From Blepharisma stoltei ATCC 30299 (taxonomy: Eukaryota; Protista; Ciliophora), in assembly GCA_965603825.1 (NCBI GenBank), contig CBFDEM010000064.1:186001-250000 (forward strand): a stretch of 64,000 bases of DNA, written 5' to 3'. The notes beneath the pieces were generated by a model. That model had not been told where the DNA came from. It worked only from the letters and a program-made list of their open reading frames with translations, and made no database searches. A program made the translations under genes and the position numbers. The first letter of the stretch is position 1. Each line of letters opens with the position of its first letter. Of this stretch, positions 11,348 through 23,808 are shown piece after piece.

Positions 11348-12421
11348 TTAAGGTCCTGCTGCAAACTTCTTCGCCAGTTCAGGATTCTTTGCTAGGGCTT
11401 CTCTCAAAATCTGCTGATTTTTCTCTTCGTCAAATGTTGGAAGTCCCATTTCTTTTCTTTGTGCATCAAGAAGTCCTTTTTCGATCACTGGTCTGGTCTC
11501 TTCATCAAATATTGACAAATTGGTGTTTCCAGGGTCTACTTTGGTTGTATCAATTTCAGGCTCTCCTTTTAGTGCGCATTTCCACCAAGTCCTTACAGCT
11601 ACCTTATCCAAAGTCAGGACAATGCATTTTCTTCCCTCAACAGTATCGACCATCCAGAGAGGATCATCAGGCTTAATAGCATCAAAGAAATCTCCATCTA
11701 AAAACATTTGGCCTTTGTGAATAATTGTTATGTGGTCTGGGCGAAGGTTTACTTTAATATATTTTGCTTGGAAATTCTCTGGGATATAGAAATTGATAGT
11801 CAGGTCGTTTAGTTGTTGTGTCCAAAAATAGCGATCTGTTTTACCACCATTATTTATAGGCATCAACCCTTTAGACTCTCCTTTTGTCTCTTCTACTGGA
11901 GGTGTAGATCCTGCAGGGAGCTGGTTTTGTGTAAGTTTTGGTGTCAGCTTTTTCTTTGGAGGAGACTTAACTTCTTCTTGTTTAGGCTCAGTTAGCATAG
12001 CAGCTTGCTCGTCAGTAACTTCAACAACCTTCTGCTGGCTCAGCTGAGTTTCAAGGTTTTTCTGCTCTTCAGACTTGCTCTCTTCAATGATTCTGGCCTC
12101 TTCTGCTTGTCTTAATTCTTCGGCTTTGCGTTCTTCTTCAGCCTTTCTCAGTTCTTCTTGCCTTTTCTCTTCTTTGATGCGGAGTTCTTCATCTCTCTTT
12201 TTCTTTTCTTCTTGCTTCTTTTGGAGGTATTCTTTCGCTTTATTGAAATAAAGAAGATTGGCTTCGAAATGATCCAGAAGCTCTTGCTTGGCTTCTGTTG
12301 GGGTGGTGAAGAAATCAGTTCGGCGCCTTAAAAACCCGTAGAAGCAGTTTAGAAAGCCATCGATGCCACGCTTGGTTTGCACACACTGCATGAAGAGACC
12401 ATCAAATGACTCGTCGTCCAT
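11348..12421 (-). CDS. NUDC: NudC-family co-chaperone (NudC_N, coiled coil, CS/p23 domain)
   Basis: FDGLFM...FYGFLRRRTDFF N-terminus; NNGGKTDRYFWTQ; WWKCALKGEPEIDTTKVDP; QRKEMGLPT. Confidence 0.9.
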   Translation of the reverse strand: MDDESFDGLFMQCVQTKRGIDGFLNCFYGFLRRRTDFFTTPTEAKQELLDHFEANLLYFNKAKEYLQKKQEEKKKRDEELRIKEEKRQEELRKAEEERKAEELRQAEEARIIEESKSEEQKNLETQLSQQKVVEVTDEQAAMLTEPKQEEVKSPPKKKLTPKLTQNQLPAGSTPPVEETKGESKGLMPINNGGKTDRYFWTQQLNDLTINFYIPENFQAKYIKVNLRPDHITIIHKGQMFLDGDFFDAIKPDDPLWMVDTVEGRKCIVLTLDKVAVRTWWKCALKGEPEIDTTKVDPGNTNLSIFDEETRPVIEKGLLDAQRKEMGLPTFDEEKNQQILREALAKNPELAKKFAAGP

Positions 12422-12458
12422 TAATTTTTATTATAATTCTATAGATTTTAGTTATAAA

Positions 12459-12833
12459 ATGAACCCTCAAAATGATTCGTTTGATATCATGGCTGAAGAG
12501 CATAAAGATAAATCTAGCCCAGAAGAAATCCCTGGACTGAAGGTCGATGATATTCATTTTGGAATTATGGGAAATGATGAATATGTTGCCCCATTTCCTA
12601 AGAAAACTCTTTATTGTTCTATTGCTTTGTTTATAGTTGGTAGTGTTTTAGTAATAGTCGGCTGTGTTGAGCTATTAGTAGTTGAAGACAAAACAAATGG
12701 TTTGGCGTTATTAATTATAGGTGCAATTGCATTTATCCCCGGGATGTATTACTCTTATATTTTTTATAAGCTATACCGAGCTAAAACACAGTCAGAAAGA
12801 ATGAGAATTCTGCGAGAAATTCCAGAAATGTAA
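12459..12833 (+). CDS. TMEM230/TMEM134-like (DUF872) two-TM protein
   Basis: PKKTLYCSIALFIVGSVLV...LLIIGAIAFIPGMYY. The start is 12459 (alternative 12489); the track start at 12363 overlaps NudC and is unlikely. Confidence 0.75.
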   Translation: MNPQNDSFDIMAEEHKDKSSPEEIPGLKVDDIHFGIMGNDEYVAPFPKKTLYCSIALFIVGSVLVIVGCVELLVVEDKTNGLALLIIGAIAFIPGMYYSYIFYKLYRAKTQSERMRILREIPEM

Positions 12834-12896
12834 AACACAGTGATTTACAATACTGAAAATTAGATAAAAATTAGAAATAATAATTTGATTATAATA

Positions 12897-13112
12897 ATGA
12901 GAAAAGCTCCTTTCTTTATTGGATTGTTTCTTGGAGCATATACTGGCGCAATATTCAGAGAAGAGTATTATTTTCCTACGTCTGAAAGAATAAAGCATGC
13001 AATTGCGGTATTTAGAAAGAACCAAGAAGCTATAATCGAAGCCACAAAGTTGCCAAATCCTGGTCAAAACCCTGAACCTATTGTGGAAAAGAAGGAAGAA
13101 CAAAAAAAGTAA
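12897..13112 (+). CDS. Single-TM microprotein, STMP1/DUF4535-like (71 aa)
   Basis: FFIGLFLGAYTGAIFREEYYFP resembles the F..G...G...G....Y..P pattern of short transmembrane mitochondrial protein 1. Confidence 0.55.
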   Translation: MRKAPFFIGLFLGAYTGAIFREEYYFPTSERIKHAIAVFRKNQEAIIEATKLPNPGQNPEPIVEKKEEQKK

Positions 13113-13532
13113 TCTAATAAGCTTACGTAAAAAAGAAATCCTAAAAATGTGTTTAAAATATCTGCATTATAAAAGCTGAAGCTGCTTAGATAGCAAATCT
13201 TGAGCTTTTTAATTAAATGCAAAATTTTATATCGAATAGTCAAATAATTTAAGTTATTCAAATATTCAATCTTCATCTTTCCTCCAGATAATTTATGATT
13301 AAAATATAATTTATATCAAAGATTTAAGTTTAATCCTGATTGAAAAATTTCATTGATTTCAAGGCTTTACTTATTTTTTAATGTCCTATTTGTATTTTAT
13401 TAGCTTGATTAATTAATATTTTTATTATTTCTGATGCTTTCTAAACACTCTAATTTGCAAATTTCACTATCCTTGCTTATGAAAATTAAAAGTAAAAATA
13501 TATCAAAAAGCCCCTCCTAATATAAATTTAAA

Positions 13533-13934
13533 ATGTCAACGTTCGCAAAAGCAAAAGGAAGCAGAGGAAAGGTTGCAACCCCAGGAAAGATGTCAAGATC
13601 TCAAAAGGCAGGCTTACAGTTCCCAGTTGGGCGTATCTCAAGATTTATGCGGCATGGAAAATACGCAGAAAGAGTAGGTGCAGGAGCTCCAGTTTATTTA
13701 TCATCAGTCCTTGAATATTTAGCTGCAGAGCTGTTGGAGCTTGCTGGAAATGCAGCAAAAGACTTTAAAAAGAGCAGAATTCTACCTCGTCATATACAAC
13801 TTGCTGTAAGGAATGATGAAGAGCTAAACAGACTCATGGCAGATGCTATTATATCTAATGGAGGGGCAGTTCCATTTATACATCAAGCACTTCTTCCAAC
13901 TGGTCCAAAAGAAGAGGTGGATCAAGAACTATAA
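13533..13934 (+). CDS. H2A: Histone H2A variant with an atypical acidic C-tail
   Basis: [42 protein letters not shown]. Confidence 0.97.
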   Translation: MSTFAKAKGSRGKVATPGKMSRSQKAGLQFPVGRISRFMRHGKYAERVGAGAPVYLSSVLEYLAAELLELAGNAAKDFKKSRILPRHIQLAVRNDEELNRLMADAIISNGGAVPFIHQALLPTGPKEEVDQEL

Positions 13935-14297
13935 TTATTATAATATTGAGATTTATTTCCCGTATAAATTTAGAAACAATAAAAAATTTTATAAGCATGA
14001 AACCATATTCATTTTATAAATACGCAAACAAATTAGAAACCTTAACCAAAATCTTTTTTTTTAGCTGAGGTACATAAAAGTAAAGGCATGAAAGCTAAAT
14101 AAAATGCCAATATTGAAAAGTTGAATCAAAAATTAATTTCTTCTAATAAAATTAGCAAAAAGTATTAAATAAGTTAAAAAATTAAAAAAAAGACTTTTGA
14201 GATAATATCGTTTTATTACGTTATGTGATATCTTTCACAGTTTTCTATCTTAAAAATCAGCATATTTTATCAGATCCTATTTATCAATTAAAAATGG

Positions 14298-14954
14298 TTA
14301 TTCAGTCTTCAGCTTTTTATTCTCATCAAGTGCTTCTTGAAAGTGCCTCTTTAGAGATTGGCTAGCATCCTCAGACTCGAAGCTATCCTCATCAGTTTCT
14401 GAAGTATCTTCATCAGACTGCCCATCTTTTACAATAAATCCTTCCAAATCGCTTTCATCTTCATCAGTATCACCATCCTCAGATGAAAGTCCGATTTCTT
14501 TTCCAAACTTATCAAGGTTATTGACAGCTTCTAATTTTTCAAACATTTCGAAGATTTTTTTGCTAAAATCAGGGAATTCGGCGATAGGACACCCATAAAA
14601 ATCGAGTCCTATTAAGCTTGTAAGTGAGATAAGTGGAAGAAGCGCTGTGTAGTCAGATATTGGATTTCCAGCTAAAGACAGTGAGCTTAAATTGGATAGT
14701 TTTGAAAGCGGCTCAAAGCCACTTTTTAATCGGTTGTCGCATATATCTAGAGTAGTCAAATTCCTCAAATTGGGAAAATTTGAAATATCTTTTAAGCCGC
14801 AACCTGTCATAGAAAGAAATTCTAAGTTTACGAAAGATTCAAGAAGGGCTTTTTCAGACAGTGAAATTGAATTCCCTCTCCACTTGTCTAAGACTAACTC
14901 GTAAACTTCGTTGTTTTGAATCCCTTGGGTTTGAATTTTTATCAAAGCTTCCAT
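14298..14954 (-). CDS. ANP32-like acidic leucine-rich-repeat protein
   Basis: VYELVLD, NLEFLSM..CGL, NFPNLRNLTTLDICDN LRRs, LRR cap, Asp/Glu-rich tail and a terminal basic NLS-like segment (KR...KKLK). Confidence 0.85.
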   Translation of the reverse strand: MEALIKIQTQGIQNNEVYELVLDKWRGNSISLSEKALLESFVNLEFLSMTGCGLKDISNFPNLRNLTTLDICDNRLKSGFEPLSKLSNLSSLSLAGNPISDYTALLPLISLTSLIGLDFYGCPIAEFPDFSKKIFEMFEKLEAVNNLDKFGKEIGLSSEDGDTDEDESDLEGFIVKDGQSDEDTSETDEDSFESEDASQSLKRHFQEALDENKKLKTE

Positions 14955-16010
14955 ATGTATTTAATTATTTTAATGTTTTTTATTCATCAAAAAAAAAGCA
15001 ACTGATCTAGACACAATGAGAATGAATTTATCAGAATTAACGGCATAAAAACGTATTACATATTATGCAGAGACACTCCAAAAAAATAAAGTAAAAAATT
15101 CTGTCCTGTTTAAAATTTTTTAAAATTTTAGCTTGTTTTAATCACTAAATTATTTGATTTATTGAGGTCTATATAATAAAAAAAAATTATTAAGCTATCA
15201 AATAAATAAGACAAGCAATTAATATCTGAGCTTGAAAATTTTTTGTCGAATGTTGCAGTTCTCTTGATAGCTTTAATATTATGAATACAACCCATTCACT
15301 GAATTTGCTGGATAATTAAATATCACAATTATTTACTTTTAGTAATTTAAAACCTTTTCTGGTTAAAAACATTTCTGGTAAAACTGTATAATATCTGATG
15401 TGCAAAATAAAAGCAATCATTTCTTATTCGTTTGTAATTAAGTTTTAAATAGCTAACTCTTTTAAGTATAAATGTTTTGCATTAAATTATAAAATAAGGG
15501 GATTATAATTTTATATTTTAATATAAAGAATAGTTTTCTTTACATTTATAAAGAGGCAATAAATTAAAACTTAGCAAAATTTATTTAGTCTTAAGCAAAT
15601 TTTAGATAATATAAGCTGTATAAAAATGCTGTTTAGATTTTAAAAAAAATTTAATTTTAATAGGCTCCACTAATTGAGGAATTGAATGCCTTGCATTTGT
15701 TTTAATACCAATAACTTATATTATGGTTATAGATCTTGCTCTCTATTCTAAATCTCATTGCCTTCAATCAAAAATGCAAAAAATTGAATATCTGTATTAA
15801 TGCTCAAATTATTGCTTATATATTTAATTATCAGCATATTTGATAAAATTAAACAGTTATGTGATAAATTTGAAAAATTAATTTTAATTGGTGTGAATTT
15901 TAAGCAACCAAAACGCGAAAGTAGGATCTTATTTGTAAAATAACAGATTTTGTGGATAAAACATGTAGACTAAAAGTAATACTTGAGATAAGCCTTAATG
16001 ATAAGGCATA

Positions 16011-16043
16011 ATTATTTATTATTTATTTATTTATTTATGTATT
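16011..16043. repeat. (TTAT)n microsatellite
   Basis: attatttattatttatttatttatttatgtatt. Confidence 0.7.
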
Positions 16044-16262
16044 TAATTATAATCTATATCTGCAAACGATTAGAATAATTTAATAATTCAAATATTCACT
16101 GCTAGTTTTTACCAAAAGAGCATCACGATAATATGCTACGCTTTCTTATATGATTAATCATATAGGAAATAACTCAAAATTCTTAAATGCTTTTCTAATA
16201 TCAAAAAACCCTAAAGAAATTCCTTCAACTTGACTATTGAAATTATGAGACCATAAATTAAT

Positions 16263-16718
16263 ATGGCTCAGCCAGTCCATACTCATCTTCCAAGAGTGGA
16301 AAGTGTCCAGACCTACGGCAAAAAGAAACACGCACAAGCAGTTGCTCTTATCACTAAAGGAAAAGGAATGATCAGAGTTAATGGAGTTCCTCTTCATCTC
16401 GTAGAACCACAAACATTAAGAGTAAAAGTATTAGAACCAATTCTCTTGCTTGGTGAATCTCGTTTTAGCAAGGTTGATTTCAAAATTAGAGTCCATGGAG
16501 GTGGCTATGTTAGCCAAATTTACGCTGTAAGGCAAGCCATTGCAAAAGGAATTATTGCTTTTTATCAAAAATACGTTGATGAAGCTTCAAAAAGACAGAT
16601 AAAGGAAATGATTTTGGCTTACGACAGATCCTTGCTGGTTGCTGATCCTAGAAGAAAGGAGCCTAAGAAGTATGGTGGTCCTGGCGCAAGAGCAAGAAGA
16701 CAAAAGAGTTATCGTTAA
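16263..16718 (+). CDS. RPS16: 40S ribosomal protein S16 (uS9)
   Basis: [46 protein letters not shown]. Confidence 0.98.
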   Translation: MAQPVHTHLPRVESVQTYGKKKHAQAVALITKGKGMIRVNGVPLHLVEPQTLRVKVLEPILLLGESRFSKVDFKIRVHGGGYVSQIYAVRQAIAKGIIAFYQKYVDEASKRQIKEMILAYDRSLLVADPRRKEPKKYGGPGARARRQKSYR

Positions 16719-17297
16719 ACATAAAGCTTTTGAGGAAATAATGATTTCAATAAAATTATGATGATAAAAATCTATCTTTGATAATATATAAGGAGAAGTA
16801 AAAAATTGGAAAAACAGTATTTTGATGTTTAGATTATTTGTATTCTACTTTATGCTTGAATAGACTAAAGAAAAAATATTCAAGTCGTAAATATTTTTAG
16901 AAGCGCTCTATTCGATTGAAATCATCATTTTTTGTTGTATTTATAAAAACTATGGACATGAGCTATAATCAAATTATTAATTGTATAAGACCTCTAAATA
17001 AACAAAATCTGCAAGTTTCCAATCAATTTTTTAGCTTAATAATCTGAAATTTTCTTACTCCCCATTAAGAATCAGCAAGATTTTGTTTTTGCTCATGAGA
17101 GATATATTTTAATGAAAACAGTTTCTGACCCAAGCTTATAATATTCAGAAAAGTGGCCGATTTTATTTAAGAAAATTTCATTAATTATATATGAATATTT
17201 GTTAAAATATTTGATATACTCATTGATGATAATCTCACACACTGCTTAAATTCATCTAAAATGTCATGTCAATTTCTCTCCATTTTACACTTTTCAA

Positions 17298-20009
17298 ATG
17301 TCAGAAGAGAAATTAATAGATCAGCCAGATTATTACGAATTTATTGAGAAATCTCGATCCTTCAGCACAGCCTCCTCGACTATTTCCAACGAAATTATGT
17401 CCCGATATTGACTCCATTTCAAGCTAATGATGTGGAAGCAATATGTTGTCTTTAAGAGAAACTTGAAATCCACTTTATTCCAAATAGGAACTCCTCTTAT
17501 TATCTGTGTTTTTCTAGTTATCCTTCAGGAAATTGCAAATTATTCAATAGAGAGCATGATAGTAAAAAATCCTGATATAGTAAATCTCCATAAAATTCCC
17601 AAATGCTGAGGAGATGGATGCGTCACTGTAGGCGTTGGGCTGACTAATGAAGAAGATGAGTTTACAGATTGGGTGCTAAGATATGTGGCAAAAAAAAATA
17701 ATCTTGAGTATGGAAAAGATGTGAAGATTCTCACAAAGAATGACCCGATGAATTTGATTAACTACTTGTCAAAATACGAAAATAAAACCCAAACAGCAAT
17801 TGTATTGTGCACTGGGCCTTTTATTTTGCCATCAAACCCAGTATTGAATGGGACTTTTGACTGCAGAGGAAATGACACAAGCTATACAGTTAAGATGTAT
17901 AGCATAATGGTAAACTCAACTATTTTGAATAGCATGTTTATGGCTAGCTGAAATGCGCCTGCACCACTGGATTATCCATCAACTGCAGTCAAAGTTTCTT
18001 TTGATGAAGCAATTCTGGCTTATTATATTAATGAAAAAGGGATGCCTAACTATGATATTCAGCTAGATGCACAAAGCTATCCTGAGCCAAAAAATAGATA
18101 TTTTGATGGCTATTCGATTGTGACTGAATCTGGAGCATTTTATTTTTTTATTCCACCAATGGTCACTTTTGTTGTGCTTTTAAGTGAAATTGTGAGGGAA
18201 AAAGAATATAAATTACGGCATGGACTTAGTATGGCTGGAATGGGGCCTTCTGCGTATTGGCACAGCTGATTCATTACTGGGCTTGTTTTTTCGCTTATAG
18301 TGAGCAATAGCTTAATTGTAAGCGGACTTATCTGTGACTTTGACCTCTTTTTGCATTGCCCTTACCCTATAATTTTGATGCTTTTTACCTTATTTTCTAT
18401 CGCAATGATGTTTTTAGCATTTTTGGTCTCGACTTTTCTGAAAACCACGAAAGCAGCCTACACAGCCTCTTATGCATTTATTTTAATTGGCTTAGTGCTC
18501 CAGTTTTTTATGTCGAATATCTATATAATTTACCTATTTTATTCAGAGGATGTTCCCAACTGGGTAGTTGCCATTCGCACTATTTTAGCATTATACCCTC
18601 CATTTAATTTTTCTAAAGCATTCGGCGATATCGCCTTAAAAGCGTCATCTCATTACTCAAATAGTGCTCATCGTTGGGTATCTGGTGATGATTATACTTG
18701 GCATGATTTTGTTAAAACAATTCATGGAAAAGTATCAGGAACTAGCTATTCAGTTCCCCCCACAATTGTTACTATGGTCACTTTAATAGGAAATGCCTTT
18801 ATGATATGCATTTTGGCTTGGTATTTTGACCATGTAATGCCTAGTAATAGAGGCTGTGCTGATCCTTTTTATTTTATGTTTACCAAAAAGTATTATGGAT
18901 GTAAGAGGAAAAAAGTTGCTAAAAATATAAATATTGAAATCAAGCAAGATTCAAATGATCCTGTTATGCATGAAAAAATAAAAGTAAAGGAACTAATTGA
19001 AAAAAATGTCCCAGCAAAAGGGATAAGATTAATTGGCATTGACAAAGTTTTCAAAAAACACAGTTACCCCTCAAATGATGATATTCATGCAGTCAATAAT
19101 ATGTTTTTAGAAATTCCTAATAGACAGCTATTGACTTTATTAGGACACAATGGAGCTGGAAAATCTACGCTAATTAATATTTTAACTGGGCTCATAAGCT
19201 CTTCTGGAGGTACAGCCAATATATGCGGCTTCGATATTAACGAAGACATGGACGAAATTCGAAATGTTTTAGGGGTATGCCCTCAGCATGACATATTGTG
19301 AAATGAACTTACAGCAAAAGAGCATTTAGTTCTTTATGGAAGAGTTAAAGGAATGAGCTATCCTGCAATATATAAGGAAGCTGAAGAGATTTTGAAAAGA
19401 GTCAATTTATTAGAAGAAGCAAATTCATTAGTTGGCACTTTCAGTGGAGGAATGAAGCGTAGACTTTCAGTTGCTATCTCAGGCATTGGAAATCCAAAAG
19501 TCATTATTTTAGATGAGCCTACAACAGGAATGGATCCAATTAACAGAAGAGAAGCTTGAAAGTTTATACAGGAACTCAAACAAGGAAGGGTGCTTATTCT
19601 GACAACTCACTCTATGGAAGAAGCTGACGTGCTCAGTGACAGAATTTGTGTTATTGTCGACGGGGCCATAAAATGCATAGGAACTTCTCTATATTTGAAA
19701 AATCAGTATGGAGATGGGTATAGAATTACGATTATTACAAAAGATCCCGCTCAGGTTAACGAACTAATCCAAAAAGTTATGCCATCATCAGTAAAAATTG
19801 ACAGCAGCGGAGGAAGCATTGTATTGGGAATTCATCTAAACGATATAAAAGAAATTGGGGAGTTTGTAAAGCTGATGGAAACCAAAGAACCTCATGAATT
19901 CGAGAAATTGAGAGAATTGATTGATGATTGGGGTTTATCTCATACCACTCTTGAAGAAGTGTTTATGAGGGTGACAGGCAAAAAGCAATCAAGACTAATG
20001 ATATCATAA
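17298..20009 (+). CDS. ABCA-subfamily half transporter (one TMD plus one NBD, about 903 aa)
   Basis: Six track fragments share one frame, joined by five TGA(Trp) at 17607, 17949, 18267, 19299 and 19557. Walker A GHNGAGKST, CPQHDILW, signature FSGGMKRRLSVA, Walker B ILDEPTTGMDP, TTHSMEEAD, TTLEEVF. Confidence 0.93.
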
Positions 20010-20113
20010 TAGCTTGAAAATACTATTAATTGCATTTCCTTCTTATCACTTTTTTTTTGCAATATTTCAATTTATATGAATAACTTAAAGAATTATGTCT
20101 AAATTGCTAAAAT

Positions 20114-20485
20114 TTAGTTAGCCACTGCGAATTTTCTTTGTGGGAAATTCAATTTCTTTTTCAAAATACGAAGCGGTAACTTCTTAGCTTGTTCTTTTGT
20201 CAATCTTAATCTGAGAGCTCTAGTGAGTTTTGGCCTAATATCGAAAGCGAGGTATTTCTTTCCTTTGTTTGCAGCTTTGATCTGGTCTCTTTTCTTTTCG
20301 TGAATAATGGTTAAAACTTTAGCGACATCTTTTCTGAAGACTCTGATTTTAGATAGTTTTGATGGGGCACCGCCAGCGACTTTAGCAACTCTTAGATGGG
20401 AAAGCTCAGTTTTAAGTTCTTCGAGCTGTTTTTGAAGCGCTTCTGGGTCTTTCTTTCTGAGCTCGTAGGCCTTGACTTTCACCAT
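20114..20485 (-). CDS. RPL35: 60S ribosomal protein L35 (uL29)
   Basis: KVKAYELR, ELKTELSHLRVAKVAGGAPSKLSKIR, FPQRKFAV. Confidence 0.98.
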   Translation of the reverse strand: MVKVKAYELRKKDPEALQKQLEELKTELSHLRVAKVAGGAPSKLSKIRVFRKDVAKVLTIIHEKKRDQIKAANKGKKYLAFDIRPKLTRALRLRLTKEQAKKLPLRILKKKLNFPQRKFAVAN

Positions 20486-20907
20486 TTATCTAGCTAATTA
20501 TAAGGGTTTTACCATAAGAAAACTTTTCAAGCTTATAAACTCATTTTACGTTAGTTTGAAAAGAAAATTATACAGTGAATAAATATATTAAGGAGATAGA
20601 ATCAAAGAGAGGGTTATAATTACTGAAGTTGATTATGTTTAAGATGTTTAGAAATGAAATGCATAAAGCAGAATAAAATCTTAGAATTAATTAAAATTTT
20701 CCAAAAATCGATATAAATATCTTAATAATGAAATCTGTTTATATTGGATTTGGTAAAAAGATATAAAAATAAATTTCAGCTAACTTTCAAAGCAGCAATC
20801 AAGTAAAAAACTTTGTATTTAGACCCTTTAGGTTTTTAAAATCCTGAATCATTTAAAACACAATCTATAAATTAATTCTTGCTAAACATAAAATAAATAC
20901 AGTTAAA

Positions 20908-22704
20908 ATGTCTTCTATAGTTCCAGAGTCTCCCTTCAAAACCAAACTTTTAATTCCTCATTCAAGCCATCTATCAATACATTCTATCGACTCCCATACA
21001 GGCTTAATAAAAGTGCAAAGTCGTGAAAACAGTGACGATCTACCAAATTTTTATGCATCTCCAATGAAACTATTTAGGCCAAACGCCTGAAAAGAAGTCT
21101 CTCTATCCAATTCAAGGCAAATGTCAGAGACTTCTAAAATAAAACAACCTGAATCTTTAAAAGACCAAATAAAACGGCAAGAAATCTCAGTTCTTGAAGA
21201 GCTTGAAAATGGTAATTTAGAAGATGCGAAAAAAATCATGGAAAGTTGCATGAAAAATATCAAAAAAGTTTATGGTACTTATGATTTGGAAAATATCTAT
21301 AGTATGTATTTATATGCTGATGTGCTAGCAAGAGCTGGGGATATAGATCTTGCAATTCATTATAGTGAAAAAGCTTTACATACAATTGAAGAGCTCCCTC
21401 CTCATATAATAAAGGAGCCTCAAGTGATACAGTATCAAGCTATGATTTTATATATGGCTGGGGTGTTATATATAAATTCAGCGCAGCCATGCAAAGGAAT
21501 TCATGCTTTACAAACTTTATCAAGTATCCTTGAAAACTACCAGATAGAGTCTATATCTATGGTGACTGTAAAATTAACTCTTGGAAATGCATATATACAG
21601 AAACAGAAATATGTTGAAGCCCAAAGGGTTTTTGATATTTGTAGGCAAGCTTATACAAGTGATGATCCCATGTATCACCAAATTTTAATTAAGATGCTCC
21701 AATGTGCAATGTCACTTAATCAATTTAATACTGTGGAAGGGTATTTAAGCGAAGCAAAAGAGTATTTAGAATTATATGATGATACAGATAAATATACAAT
21801 TCTTAGTAGTGCTGCCTGGTTTCACACTCACAGAGAAGAATATCCGCAAGCTATCGAATATCTAATAAAATGCATGGAGCATTTAAAAAATACTGACCAA
21901 GAATTTTCTAATGAAATGGGATGGGTTTTGACCGAGCTTGGCAACTGCTATATTTTTATCAACCAATTAGATGATGCTTTTGAAATTACTTGCTATGCCA
22001 AAAATGTACTAGAAAAATCAGTAGGACCTCACTCAAAAGAAGTCGCTAATGCAGTACAGCAGTTAGGAAATATTAAGTTTAAGCAGCATGAGCTGCAGGA
22101 ATCAATACAGCTATACAAGCTTTCTAAATCATTATTTATTAACGCTCTTGGCCCAGTCCATGACTCAACAATTCAAGTCTGCTTATGCATTCTTCATGCA
22201 TATTTGCAGATTGGCAACTCTTCGGCAGCATGAGAAGTATTAAGGGAGCTCAATGCTCAAGAGTATTCATACCCTCCTGAAACAGCAGGACTTGTTTATA
22301 ACGAAATGGGAAACGTAATGCGTGAATGTGGATACTTTACTCAAGCCTTACAATATTACGAGTCTGCATTGCGAGGGTACTCAATGCTGGAAGAAAATAA
22401 CCCAGATTTAGGAAAGGTCCATTTTAATATAGGAAGTTTAAATCTGCAGATCGGCAGGATGAGTGAAGCTACTCTGCATTTATCTAAAGCAAAAACTATT
22501 AAAGAGGCTTGCTTTGGCAAAGACAGCATAGAAATAGTCAGTGTCCTTGAAAAATTCGCTGAAGTTTATAAAGCGCAAGGACGAACAAAAGATGCCTATG
22601 AGATTTTGAAAAAAGCTCTAAAAATATGTGTAGGCTGCAAGTCAAACAAAGAAAAAGAAATCCGCAAGCAGATTTCCAATTTAAGGAATCATAGAAATAA
22701 GTAA
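20908..22704 (+). CDS. TPR protein (kinesin-light-chain/NPHP3-type long TPRs)
   Basis: Three track ORFs in one frame, joined by TGA at 21088 and 22231. Repeats of type LEKSVGPHSKEVANAV, LGPVHDST, FGKDSIEIVSVL. Confidence 0.85.
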
Positions 22705-22723
22705 TATTTAATTATTTTAATAA

Positions 22724-23488
22724 ATGGGAATCATAAGTTCAAAAAATTACTTCTGCATGGGATGTGCTGGACAAAACTATTCGAGCTTTTCTGAAAACTC
22801 GAGCTTCAGCCAGTTTCCTTTATCTACATCCATGACATTATTTGCGCCTTCAGTCGCATCGGAAAGTCATTTTGATTTAAATGAAGAGTTAGAAAGCAGA
22901 GAAAGCGTATATGACTTCGATTTACCAGAATTACCATTACCAGAACCTACAGAAGAATGCATCCCTGATGTTTTGGAAAAAGAAATCAAGCTATGAGACG
23001 AAGAAAATAAGCTTATAAACGATTCTACTGATGAGACAAGCTTGTATAAAAATGAAACTCACCAGATTTTTTTTAAAGGGATATCTGAATTGTCAGATTT
23101 AGAGACAAATAGTGCAACGTGAAAATTTAATGAAGGGGAATTGAAAATGCCTTATACAAGAGGATTTTCAGATATTTCTGTGGAAGAGTTACTGGAAAGA
23201 GCTGAAAGTAGATTAACAGCTTCTTCAAATACATCGATAAATTCTGTTAGCAAAACCCCAAGAAAAGGCTCATTGGTTGACTATAGAAATGAGGGTGGAA
23301 AAAATATAGTTGAAGTCATTAGGTCTCAAGGGGGAAATAAAAAAAATGAAATAAACGCATTGAGGATTAAAAATGACAAGATAAATCTTTCTCTCACAAA
23401 TAGGCAAGATAATAATAAGAGAAAAAACGAAGGAAATAATTTGATAAGGAGTCAGAGTATAAGAATGACACAAAAAAGAAAGCTTTAA
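22724..23488 (+). CDS. Hypothetical low-complexity protein
   Basis: Single frame with TGA at 22994 and 23120 read as Trp; ends in TAA; begins MG. Confidence 0.7.
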
Positions 23489-23808
23489 ATGATATATTTT
23501 TGGTAATAAATATAATTTAAATTTAAAAGCAATTATCGTTAGGTTTATTAGCTTTTCAGTTAAAAATTTCAATAATATAGCAGAAGATCCTTCCATATAA
23601 TTCATCATCAAACATTCAACAGAGCAATATATGAAATTCTCATTTAAAATTTACTATAATTTCTTAGAATCCAGGCTTTTACAAAAATATAATTCCAATA
23701 AATTTTAAATTTCTGGATTTTTATCCAAAAGCCTTAAATTTTAGCAATGGTAACTTCCCTATAATTTTAAAATATAACGATTTCTTTGATATTAGATAAT
23801 TTTTCAAT

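Noticed and set aside
17298-20009. Pseudogene interpretation of fragmented ORFs (ABCA, Kelch, PP2A-B'', F-box etc.)
   Set aside because: All fragments are in one frame and broken only by TGA at conserved Trp sites or by consensus 15/16-nt introns; they are intact genes.
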